From contig RQSC01000757.1 of the NCBI GenBank assembly GCA_013416795.1, forward strand, positions 140,610 through 204,609: DNA of 64,000 nucleotides, in the 5' to 3' direction. This stretch comes from Prasinococcaceae sp. CCMP 1430 (Eukaryota; Plantae; Prasinodermophyta). Positions 55,492 through 64,000 of the stretch are shown piece after piece (position 1 is the stretch's first letter; each line of letters starts with the position of its first letter). The position numbers and the translations under genes are program-made. A model generated the notes under the pieces. That model did no database searches. It worked only from the letters and a program-made list of their open reading frames with translations, and was not told the origin of the DNA.

Positions 55492-56191
55492 GCGCGATGT
55501 GGCACTTCGGAAGCATCAAGGACAACAGCGCAGGCATCGCTGAATTCTTTGACAAGCGGTGGTGACTGGCGGCGGCTGCAGCAGACGACTGTTCGGGGGA
55601 AAACGGGCGGGGGGCGGGACAGGCCGTCATCTCAGCACGGACGGACAGTGCGACGTCTGCGCCGGCCGGCTGGTGCGCCGCTCGGTGCACCACACATCTG
55701 GTGCCCCTCCATCGCTCGCCTGCCCATTCTGCCGTGGCGATCTGGAAATCGGGCGACACATGTTCGCTTTTCTCGCGAGAGAAAACGCGAGAGAAAACGC
55801 GCGAGAGCGCGTGCGCGCGCCCGCCACAGCGCGCGCGGGCCGCGGCAATTGCGCTGCCACCCGCCGTGCGCGAGCGCCGCGTGTGGCGCACGCGCGCACG
55901 ACAACCCCCAGCGACCACCCACCCACCCACACAAGCACGTGCACGCACACGCTCGCCTCGCAGCGCGTCGAGCGCGCGCGCCGGCCGCCAGCCGCCAGCC
56001 GCCGGCCGCGAAGTTTTCTACGGAAGTTAATTTAGACACGTCTTAATTCCGCGAAGTCTGCACCATGGGTTATGATATATAATCTGTTTGCGGCCTGGCA
56101 GGGGTGAATTCGCGGGCGGGAAACTTCAACGCAGCCCGCGGCGGCTGGCGCGCGGCTGGCGGGCTGCGTGTCTCACGCGAGTGCGTGCGTG

Positions 56192-56192
<1 letters not shown>

Positions 56193-56244
<52 letters not shown>

Positions 56245-56257
56245 GCGCGCGCGCGCG

Positions 56258-56312
<55 letters not shown>
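56193..56312. repeat. Two (CA)n microsatellites separated by (CG)n
   Basis: (CA)n at ~56193-56242 and ~56259-56312 with a ccgcgcgcgcgcgcgc spacer. Confidence 0.95.
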
Positions 56313-56320
<8 letters not shown>

Positions 56321-56348
56321 GGTGAGGGAGGGGCGGCCGCGCGCGCGG

Positions 56349-56443
56349 GAGTGCCAGCCGCCTTGCCGGTGGACGCGTCCCACACGCGCGCCGTCCCGTC
56401 GAAGCTCGCCGACGCCAGGCGCAAGCCGTCGAGTGCCAGCCGC
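56349..56443 (-). pseudogene. 69-nt WD40-coding fragment flanked by 13-bp direct repeats
   Basis: GAGTGCCAGCCGC occurs at 56349-56361 and 56431-56443. The 69 nt between them encode [23 protein letters not shown] on the - strand. Confidence 0.75.
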
Positions 56444-57005
56444 GCGCAATTTGGCGCCCGCCCCCGCCCCCCTCCCCGCTTTTCCCTTTGCCGCAGCGCC
56501 CTCGCCGCTGCGGCGATCGAGGGCGGCGCGAAAAAAACTCTGCGCAGCAATCCCGGACATGGCGTTTTTGCGGCGAGGGTTTTTTGTGCGTGTGCATTCT
56601 GACGTGACGGCGGCATGCTCCCTCAGGCAAATCCGGATAAAAATCAACATCCCCGGTTAACAACGGGAAGCGCCCGCGCAGCGGCCATCGATCGCATGAA
56701 GCACAGAATTTTTCCGACCAAATTTAGATGTTTGAACTGAACTGAAGCGAATGTGTTTGTAAGTTGATGTGACACAACGAAATTGTCCGGCGATCGCCGC
56801 GCGGCGCCCCGCCCCCTTTGCGAGGGAAACAGACCCTTGCAGCTTCCGATGTGCCGCCGCACGCGCCCAACGCAGGGATCGCCGATAAAGTTGCCCTCCC
56901 GTGCCCTCCCCCGACTTGTGGAGGGCGAGGGGGCAGCGCGTGGGGGAAGCGCGGGGCGGGACAAGCGGCGCCACTACGCGCGCGGCGGGCGGCCCAAGAC
57001 CGGCG

Positions 57006-57125
57006 ATGGACTCCGCGCGCATCAGGTACGTGCTCGAGGGTCACAGCCATCGAGTGACCACAGTGTGCTGGAGCCCGGACGGCTTGCGCCTGGCGTCCGC
57101 CAGCACCGACACGCCGGTGCGCGTT
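57006..57125 (+). pseudogene. Truncated WD40 repeat ORF interrupted by a tandem repeat array
   Basis: [40 protein letters not shown] runs directly into the satellite array. Confidence 0.7.
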
Positions 57126-57824
57126 GCGAGCGGCGCCCACGAGCATCGCCGAGTCGACCGCCCTCGCGTTCCCTCCCCCCGCTTTTGGCGGCGCGGATGG
57201 GTCGCCACGGGCCGTGAGAGCGCTGGTAACGCGCCGGCCGCGTCCGAGGCGCGGTCCATCGCGCACCATTGGGGCGCCGAAGCGCACGCGCTCTCGATGG
57301 CGATTTCATATAAAAATGCATGCGAGCGGCGCCCACGAGCATCGCCGAGTCGACCGCCCTCGCGAGGGCGCCGAAGCGCACGCGCTCTCGATGGCGAATT
57401 TAGATAAAAATGCATGCGAGCGGCGCCCATGAGCATCGCCGAGTCGACCGCCCTCGCGTTCCCTCCCCTCGCTTTTGGCGGCGCGGATGGGTCGCCACGG
57501 GCCGTGAGAGCGCTGGTAACGCGCCGGCCGCGTCCGAGGCGCGGTCCATCGCGCACCATAAGCGCACGCGCTCTCGATGGCGATTTCATATAAAAATGCA
57601 TGCGAGCGGCGCCCACGAGCATCGCCGAGTCGACCGCCCTCGCGTTCCCTCCCCTCGCTTTTGGCGGCGCGGATGGGTCGCCACGGGCCGTGAGAGCGCT
57701 GGTAACGCGCCGGCCGCGTCCGAGGCGCGGTCCATCGCGCACCATTGGGGCGCCGAAGCGCACGCGCTCTCGATGGCGATTTCATATTAAAATGCATGCG
57801 AGCGGCGCCCACGAGCATCGCCGA
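57126..57824. repeat. ~196-bp tandem repeat array (units of 196, 94, 186, 196 bp and a partial unit)
   Basis: Units begin GCGAGCGGCGCCCA at 57126, 57322, 57416, 57602 and 57798. The complete units end in an AT-rich tail, for example ...TTTCATATAAAAATGCAT. Confidence 0.92.
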
Positions 57825-58063
57825 TGAGGGCAAAAGCGATGTCCGGCCGAGTGGACACGCAGAGGTACTGCAGTGCCCCGACGACCCTTTAATATCCCAT
57901 GGGTACATTGAGCGCCGCCGGCCGCGCAGAAATGACCCTCAGAACGATCCATCCGGTCGCTCGCGCCACCGCGGCGCGTCGTAATAACGGCGGGATCGGG
58001 GGGGACGGGGGCGGCATCGCGCGCGGGCGGGCGGGCGATTCCCGATGCGTTTTGATGGGGGTG

Positions 58064-58128
58064 NNNNNNNNNNNNNNNNNNNNNNNNNNNNNNNNNNNNN
58101 NNNNNNNNNNNNNNNNNNNNNNNNNNNN
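58064..58128. other. Assembly gap (65 N)
   Basis: Run of N. Confidence 1.
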
Positions 58129-59646
58129 GCGGAGGTCCAGCAGCGCGCCTCCGACATTATACTCATCTCAATGCTCGCGGGTGCGGCGCAGGCGCTGGCG
58201 GGCATGCTGCGGCTCGGCATCGTCGTGAACGCGGTGTCGCTGCCCGTGCTCGCCGGGTTCGTGTTCGGCGCGACGGTCACAATCGCCACGTCGCAGCTGA
58301 GCAAGCTCCTAGGATACAGCGGCGTGCACGTGCGGCGGCCCTTCCTGCAGAACGTGTGGGACACCGCTAGCAACCTCAAGAGCACCGAACCTGCAGCGCT
58401 GGCGCTCGGGCTGGCGTGCATCGCGCTCATCCTCGCGATGAAGCACTGGAAGTCGGTGCGACCGCAATCGAGGCTCGCGGCTGCCATGGGCACGTCGCGC
58501 AACGTCGTGGCCGTCGCGCTGGGCATCGGCGTGTGCGCGCTCTTGGTCGCTCTGGGACACGACGTGCTGCCGCGCGTAGGCGACATGCCGGACGGCCTCC
58601 CTGCGCCGCGCCTCCCCGAGCTCAGCTGGGAGCGGGCGCGGCGTCTCGCGCTGCCAGCGGCGTCGGTGGCGCTCATTGGCTTCGTCGAGGACGTCGCCAT
58701 TGCCAAGAGCTTTGCCCGCAAGGGCCGATACTCGATCGACCCGAGCCAGGAACTGGTGGCGCTCGGGGCGTGCAACGTGCTTGGCGGCATTTTCCACGCC
58801 ATGCCCGTCACTGGCAGCTTCAGCCGCACGGCGGTGAACCATGCGAGCGGCTGCACGTCACCGCTCGCGGGCATCGCGACCTCGGTGACCGTCTTGGTTG
58901 CGATATTCGCGCTGCAGCGGGTGTTTGCGTTCATCCCGCTGTCGGCACTCGCGGCGATCATCATCAGCGCGGTTTTCACCATGGTCGACCTGCACGAGCT
59001 GCGCGGCCTCTGGAAGGCGTCCAAGCCGGAGTTTCTCTTCGTGTTCCTGCCAACATGCGCTGCTGGCTTCGCGTTCGGCCTCCAGTATGCGATCTTTGCA
59101 GGCATTGTGTGCGCCGTGCCTGTCTACATGGCCACAGCGGGCGTGCCCAATGTGCGTCGAGCAACGGCGCAGCAGGCGGCGCGCTGCGGCGAAGGGGTCG
59201 CACTCCTGCAGCTGGCTGGCGCGGTAGCGTTTCCCTCGAGTGCGAAGCTCGAGGCGGAGGCGGAGGCACTGCGCGACAACGGGGTCACCCACGTTGTCAT
59301 GGACCTCTCCGCGGCGCCAAGAGTTGACTTCTCTGCGGCGGTGGCCGTCCATGACCTCGCCGACTCGTTGATCCAGAGGGGGGGCATGCTTTACGTGGCA
59401 GCAGCGGACAAAAGCGTGCTGAGGATGCTACGAGCAATAGGGAGGCCAGGAGGGGAGCCCGAATACTGCGAGGCCGGCGTCGAGAGCGCGCTCGAACGCG
59501 CCGCGGCGGACATGTCGGCTGCGGTGACAGACGGCGCAGAGGGCGCCAGCGATGCGCGCGGGGCAGCCCATTCGCACGCGCAAAGCGGGGAGCGGCGCCG
59601 CAGAGCCGCCAGCAAGGACGAAACCTCACCACTCTTGCAGGTCTAG
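58129..59646 (+). CDS. SulP/SLC26 sulfate transporter, 5'-truncated duplicate copy (truncation at gap)
   Basis: Essentially identical to 60466-61983 (offset 2337 bp); I found one synonymous ATT/ATC difference. Confidence 0.75.
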   Translation, partial: AEVQQRASDIILISMLAGAAQALAGMLRLGIVVNAVSLPVLAGFVFGATVTIATSQLSKLLGYSGVHVRRPFLQNVWDTASNLKSTEPAALALGLACIALILAMKHWKSVRPQSRLAAAMGTSRNVVAVALGIGVCALLVALGHDVLPRVGDMPDGLPAPRLPELSWERARRLALPAASVALIGFVEDVAIAKSFARKGRYSIDPSQELVALGACNVLGGIFHAMPVTGSFSRTAVNHASGCTSPLAGIATSVTVLVAIFALQRVFAFIPLSALAAIIISAVFTMVDLHELRGLWKASKPEFLFVFLPTCAAGFAFGLQYAIFAGIVCAVPVYMATAGVPNVRRATAQQAARCGEGVALLQLAGAVAFPSSAKLEAEAEALRDNGVTHVVMDLSAAPRVDFSAAVAVHDLADSLIQRGGMLYVAAADKSVLRMLRAIGRPGGEPEYCEAGVESALERAAADMSAAVTDGAEGASDARGAAHSHAQSGERRRRAASKDETSPLLQV

Positions 59647-60138
59647 CTGGGCCTACCTGCACATACTAATAATACGACGCCGCCGGCCACACCCGCGGCT
59701 GCGCGCCACTTTCGAACTCCACCTCTCCCCCATCGAACGTAACGGGGCCGCGGGGGCGCCCCGTGCCTTTTTTTGTATCAAAACGCACGCGTTTATGGGG
59801 AGATTACAAACCCTGTATTCGCGTTTCGGACGTGCATTTCGAGCTGGCGTAACCTCAATGAGGCATCGCGAGGTTGCGGTTTGTTTGAATTGGAATTGGG
59901 AGTCGGGTCGCGGGTCAATAATGCGCGAGTGCGCGCGTCAATTTCCGATGCGGGGCGCGCGCGAGGTGCGTCTTTGTGTGTAAACTGCGGAAAGGGCGTT
60001 TCGAAATCGAATCCGGGACTGGACAGCGTTCCCCGGGCGCGCGCGGGCGCGCGCGCGGGCGGCTGGGCGCGCGGAGCGCGCGCGCGCCACCCTGGCCCTC
60101 GCTCGCAGGCGCGGCCTCGCCGCCGCGACGCGGGCGAC

Positions 60139-61983
60139 ATGATCATCTACAGCAAGCAGCTCTCCGGGATGGCCTCGATGGGCGCATGGGCGCGAGGCTG
60201 CGTCCCGCCTCTCGGCTGGCTGCCGCGGTACGCGTGGCGCGAGCGCGCGGCGCGCGACGCGGGTGCGGGCGCGATGGTTGGCGCGGTCGTCGTGCCGCAG
60301 GCGCTGGCGTACGCCAGCCTGGCGGGGCTGCCCGAGCAGTACGGGTTGTACGCCGCCTACCTCGCGCCGGCCGTTTATGCGCTGCTCGGCACGTCCAATG
60401 AGATCACCGTGGGGCCTACGGCCATCATGTCCATCATGGTAGGCGAGTTGGGCACCGGAAGCGGCGCGGAGGTCCAGCAGCGCGCCTCCGACATTATACT
60501 CATCTCAATGCTCGCGGGTGCGGCGCAGGCGCTGGCGGGCATGCTGCGGCTCGGCATCGTCGTGAACGCGGTGTCGCTGCCCGTGCTCGCCGGGTTCGTG
60601 TTCGGCGCGACGGTCACAATCGCCACGTCGCAGCTGAGCAAGCTCCTAGGATACAGCGGCGTGCACGTGCGGCGGCCCTTCCTGCAGAACGTGTGGGACA
60701 CCGCTAGCAACCTCAAGAGCACCGAACCTGCAGCGCTGGCGCTCGGGCTGGCGTGCATCGCGCTCATCCTCGCGATGAAGCACTGGAAGTCGGTGCGACC
60801 GCAATCGAGGCTCGCGGCTGCCATGGGCACGTCGCGCAACGTCGTGGCCGTCGCGCTGGGCATCGGCGTGTGCGCGCTCTTGGTCGCTCTGGGACACGAC
60901 GTGCTGCCGCGCGTAGGCGACATGCCGGACGGCCTCCCTGCGCCGCGCCTCCCCGAGCTCAGCTGGGAGCGGGCGCGGCGTCTCGCGCTGCCAGCGGCGT
61001 CGGTGGCGCTCATTGGCTTCGTCGAGGACGTCGCCATCGCCAAGAGCTTTGCCCGCAAGGGCCGATACTCGATCGACCCGAGCCAGGAACTGGTGGCGCT
61101 CGGGGCGTGCAACGTGCTTGGCGGCATTTTCCACGCCATGCCCGTCACTGGCAGCTTCAGCCGCACGGCGGTGAACCATGCGAGCGGCTGCACGTCACCG
61201 CTCGCGGGCATCGCGACCTCGGTGACCGTCTTGGTTGCGATATTCGCGCTGCAGCGGGTGTTTGCGTTCATCCCGCTGTCGGCACTCGCGGCGATCATCA
61301 TCAGCGCGGTTTTCACCATGGTCGACCTGCACGAGCTGCGCGGCCTCTGGAAGGCGTCCAAGCCGGAGTTTCTCTTCGTGTTCCTGCCAACATGCGCTGC
61401 TGGCTTCGCGTTCGGCCTCCAGTATGCGATCTTTGCAGGCATTGTGTGCGCCGTGCCTGTCTACATGGCCACAGCGGGCGTGCCCAATGTGCGTCGAGCA
61501 ACGGCGCAGCAGGCGGCGCGCTGCGGCGAAGGGGTCGCACTCCTGCAGCTGGCTGGCGCGGTAGCGTTTCCCTCGAGTGCGAAGCTCGAGGCGGAGGCGG
61601 AGGCACTGCGCGACAACGGGGTCACCCACGTTGTCATGGACCTCTCCGCGGCGCCAAGAGTTGACTTCTCTGCGGCGGTGGCCGTCCATGACCTCGCCGA
61701 CTCGTTGATCCAGAGGGGGGGCATGCTTTACGTGGCAGCAGCGGACAAAAGCGTGCTGAGGATGCTACGAGCAATAGGGAGGCCAGGAGGGGAGCCCGAA
61801 TACTGCGAGGCCGGCGTCGAGAGCGCGCTCGAACGCGCCGCGGCGGACATGTCGGCTGCGGTGACAGACGGCGCAGAGGGCGCCAGCGATGCGCGCGGGG
61901 CAGCCCATTCGCACGCGCAAAGCGGGGAGCGGCGCCGCAGAGCCGCCAGCAAGGACGAAACCTCACCACTCTTGCAGGTCTAG
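60139..61983 (+). CDS. SULTR: SulP/SLC26 sulfate (anion) transporter with STAS domain, ~614 aa, single exon
   Basis: WLPRY...DAGAGAMVGAVVVPQALAYASLAGLPEQYGLY...GTSNEITVGPTAIMS, QELVALG..N, TGSFSRTAVN and the STAS motif VVMDLSAAPRVDFSA. Confidence 0.95.
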   Translation: MIIYSKQLSGMASMGAWARGCVPPLGWLPRYAWRERAARDAGAGAMVGAVVVPQALAYASLAGLPEQYGLYAAYLAPAVYALLGTSNEITVGPTAIMSIMVGELGTGSGAEVQQRASDIILISMLAGAAQALAGMLRLGIVVNAVSLPVLAGFVFGATVTIATSQLSKLLGYSGVHVRRPFLQNVWDTASNLKSTEPAALALGLACIALILAMKHWKSVRPQSRLAAAMGTSRNVVAVALGIGVCALLVALGHDVLPRVGDMPDGLPAPRLPELSWERARRLALPAASVALIGFVEDVAIAKSFARKGRYSIDPSQELVALGACNVLGGIFHAMPVTGSFSRTAVNHASGCTSPLAGIATSVTVLVAIFALQRVFAFIPLSALAAIIISAVFTMVDLHELRGLWKASKPEFLFVFLPTCAAGFAFGLQYAIFAGIVCAVPVYMATAGVPNVRRATAQQAARCGEGVALLQLAGAVAFPSSAKLEAEAEALRDNGVTHVVMDLSAAPRVDFSAAVAVHDLADSLIQRGGMLYVAAADKSVLRMLRAIGRPGGEPEYCEAGVESALERAAADMSAAVTDGAEGASDARGAAHSHAQSGERRRRAASKDETSPLLQV

Positions 61984-62157
61984 CTGGGCCTACCTGCACA
62001 TACTAATAATACGACGTGCGCCGCCCCCGCAATGGGCGACGGGGAGCGGCGCCGCAGAGCCGCCAGCAAGGACGAAACCTCACCACTCTTGCAGGTCTAG
62101 CTGGGCCTACCTGCACATACTAATAATACGACGTGCGCCGCCCCCGCAATGGGCGAC
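61924..62157 (+). repeat. 117-bp tandem duplication of the transporter 3' end and proximal 3'UTR
   Basis: 61924-62040 is repeated at 62041-62157, including the TAG stop and TACTAATAATACG. Confidence 0.9.
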
Positions 62158-62426
62158 GGCGGCGCGGCCACCGGCGATGGCTTGCTGGGGCCTCATCGCC
62201 TTGACAGGGACAAATACACGCGCAATGCGCCGGCCGCGCTCGACCCCATGCTCCCGATAAGGTCGCCGCAGGTGGCCGAGGACGCCGTCGAGGCCGTGGA
62301 CGCGACGCCAACGAGCACAGCGCACAGCTCAACGCCACGGCGTCCCTCGCACCACACGCGCGCGCCCTTTTTAATACAACGATGATTTCATCCTTAGCAG
62401 CCGCGCGCGTCGCTGCTTGCTCGCCC

Positions 62427-63830
62427 TCACTCACAGCTGGCGCGAGTCTCTTCGGTCTTGGCGATGTCCTTGGGGACTTTCCCCTCTGCGTTTGCGACCC
62501 CCTTGAGAGACGGGAACTCGCCCGCGAGGTAGGTGCACACATCCGCGCGCCCGTTCACGGCTGCGAGGTGCAGTGCAGTATTTCCACTCGCTTTGATGAC
62601 GGCGTCTGCGCTGGCGCCGTGGGCGAGGAGGAGCGTGACGAGCTCGAGCTTGCCCCTCTGCGCGGCAAGGTGAAGTGGCCGCCAGCCACTGCCGTCTGCC
62701 GAGTCAGCGGAGGCGCCGTATTTGAGCAGCAGCTTCGCCAGCGCAACTTGGCCGCGGCGCGAGGCACTGTGCAATGGCGTCCCGCTCATGTCCTTGTTGG
62801 AGGCGTCGGCGTGCGCGCCTTTTGCAAGCAGCAGCTCGGCCATCTCCATGTCGCCGACATCGAGCGCGTAATGCAGCGCTGTCTTCCCGTCGAAGTCGGC
62901 CGCGTTGACATTGGCGCCTAGCGCGAGGAGGAGCTCCACCATCGGCGTGTCGCTCGCGTCCACAGCTGTGTGCAGTGGCGTGCGGTCGTCGTCCATGATG
63001 ACGCCGTCGTCAGGGTCGGTCATCGCACGGTCGGCACCATCGCTGCCGCCGCCCCTCTTGACCAAGCTCCAGTTGCCCGTGGCGTACTCGGAGTTCGAGC
63101 GGCTCGGCATGTTCATGTCGGCGCCGGCTTCGACCAGAAGCCGCACGAGCTTGCGGTCACCAGATACGACGGCATGGTGCACTGGCGTGAAGCCGGAGAG
63201 GTCCTCCAGCTCGAGCGCCGCGCCGGACAGGAGCAGCGCCGTCACCGCGTCCGTTTTGCCGGCGGCCGCCGCGAGGGCGAGCGCTGACATTCCGGCTGTG
63301 TCGGTGCCGTCGACAGGTTTCCCCGCGGCGATCTCCTCCTGGAGCACGGCCACGTTACCGGCGGATGCGGCCTCGAGCATGCGTTTGGACGGCCCGCCGA
63401 GCATCTCGCGCACCACGTCGTCCTCAGCCATCTCGAAAGGCCTGAGGCCGCTCATGTCGATGACGTCCGGGTTGGCGCCCGCCTGGAGCAGCAGCGCGAC
63501 GCACTCCCTGACGTTCCGCTTGCCGCGCGCCGCGAAGTGCAGCGGCACGGTTCCACGCCGATTGGGGAGGTTGGGGTCGGCGCCGACCTCGAGGAGCGCC
63601 CTAATGGCCTCCAGCTGGCCGTGGATGGACGCGATGTGGATGGCTGCCTGCCCCAGCTGGTTGCCCAGGTTAACGGGGTAGCCACTGGCGACGAGCATTT
63701 TGATGTCCTGAGTGTGAGTGTGTGCGCGAGCATGCATTCGCGCGCGCGCGTCAGCGCGGGGGAGCGCGAGCGCGCGTTCGTGCTCGCGCGCAAGCGCATG
63801 TGCATGCGCGTGCGCGCGCTGGAGCGCACG

Positions 63831-63868
<38 letters not shown>

Positions 63869-63994
63869 GTCGCGTGCGCGCGCGGGGAGCTCGCTTTTCA
63901 CCTCTGCCTCATTGTCTCGCGCTAAGGTGAGCAGGCTACCAGGCCCGAAGTTGGCCGTCAGGCCCGACGTGGGCCGGCCCGCGGGCGCTGCCAT
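62427..63994 (-). CDS. Ankyrin-repeat protein; exons 63902-63994 and 62427-63707, ~457 aa
   Basis: Multiple ankyrin repeats: GQAAIHIAS, GTVPLHFAA, GFTPVHHAV, RTPLHTAV, GKTALHYAL, GTPLHSAS, GWRPLHLAA and GNTALHLAA. The phase-0 GT-AG intron gives LLTLARDNEAE|DIKMLV. Confidence 0.93.
63834..63866. repeat. (AG)n microsatellite in the ankyrin gene intron
   Basis: Perfect AG dinucleotide run. Confidence 0.95.
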
Positions 63995-64000
63995 CGCAGC

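Noticed and set aside
57126-57824. CRISPR array, or 5S rRNA / snRNA tandem array
   Set aside because: The units are fully repeated with no unique spacers, there are no cas genes, the context is eukaryotic, and I see no resemblance to 5S or U snRNA sequences.
55492-58063. Intact autonomous transposon
   Set aside because: No transposase, reverse transcriptase, integrase or Rep/helicase motifs, and no clear terminal inverted repeats at the island boundaries.
21906-61983. A sulfur-metabolism gene cluster (TPST, GST, SulP, ISCU)
   Set aside because: The genes are spread over ~40 kb, act in unrelated pathways and compartments, and are separated by gaps and unrelated genes.
1958-63901. Introner-like repeated intron elements
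   Set aside because: The introns share only generic donor, branch and acceptor motifs and (GC)n runs; I saw no extended intron-to-intron similarity by eye.
1-64000. Hundreds of long overlapping or antisense ORFs in the ORF track (e.g. 9970-11505 +, 17175-19142 +, 19404-22211 +, 22051-24057 -, 45974-47785 +, 51004-53358 +, 52046-54844 -, 53512-56046 +)
   Set aside because: They are shadow frames expected in ~70% GC DNA with strong GC3 bias. They are low-complexity Arg/Ala/Ser/Pro-rich and overlap recognisable genes.

Overview
This window is gene-dense, very GC-rich nuclear DNA from a eukaryote. It is most likely a green alga of the prasinophyte type; this is an inference from short GT-AG introns (GTGCG/GTACG donors, CTGAC branch points), TGTAA poly(A) signals, a plant-type tyrosylprotein sulfotransferase, cyanobacterial/plastid-type proteins and IFT dynein-2. 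About 27 protein-coding loci can be modelled by hand. Recognisable genes are acetamidase/formamidase, a beta-lactamase-fold hydrolase with a WW-like motif, FIG4/SAC phosphatase, a HutX-like heme-binding protein, TCAIM/DUF4460-like, MLF-like, SNU13, ISCU, TPST, YCII, a stand-alone aaRS anticodon-binding domain, MCM2, LipB, a trypsin-like protease, EEF2KMT-like methyltransferase, GST, an MTHFR-like protein, an Ig-like multi-pass membrane protein, dynein-2 heavy chain, two near-identical SulP sulfate transporter copies and an ankyrin protein. There are three N-gaps. Four observations stand out. (1) The otherwise intact ~13-kb dynein-2 heavy chain carries one in-frame TAG. (2) A 54-aa membrane ORF ends in a TAG that is in frame with, and 39 nt upstream of, a 1029-aa orphan ORF (bicistronic or readthrough candidate). 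(3) A rearranged island at ~55.5-58.1 kb holds a 69-nt WD40-coding fragment flanked by 13-bp direct repeats, an inverted paralogous WD40 piece and a ~196-bp TATA-containing tandem array. (4) Several proteins have unusual domain architectures. No rRNA, tRNA, CRISPR array or intact transposase was found. All homology calls come from recognising motifs, not from database searches.
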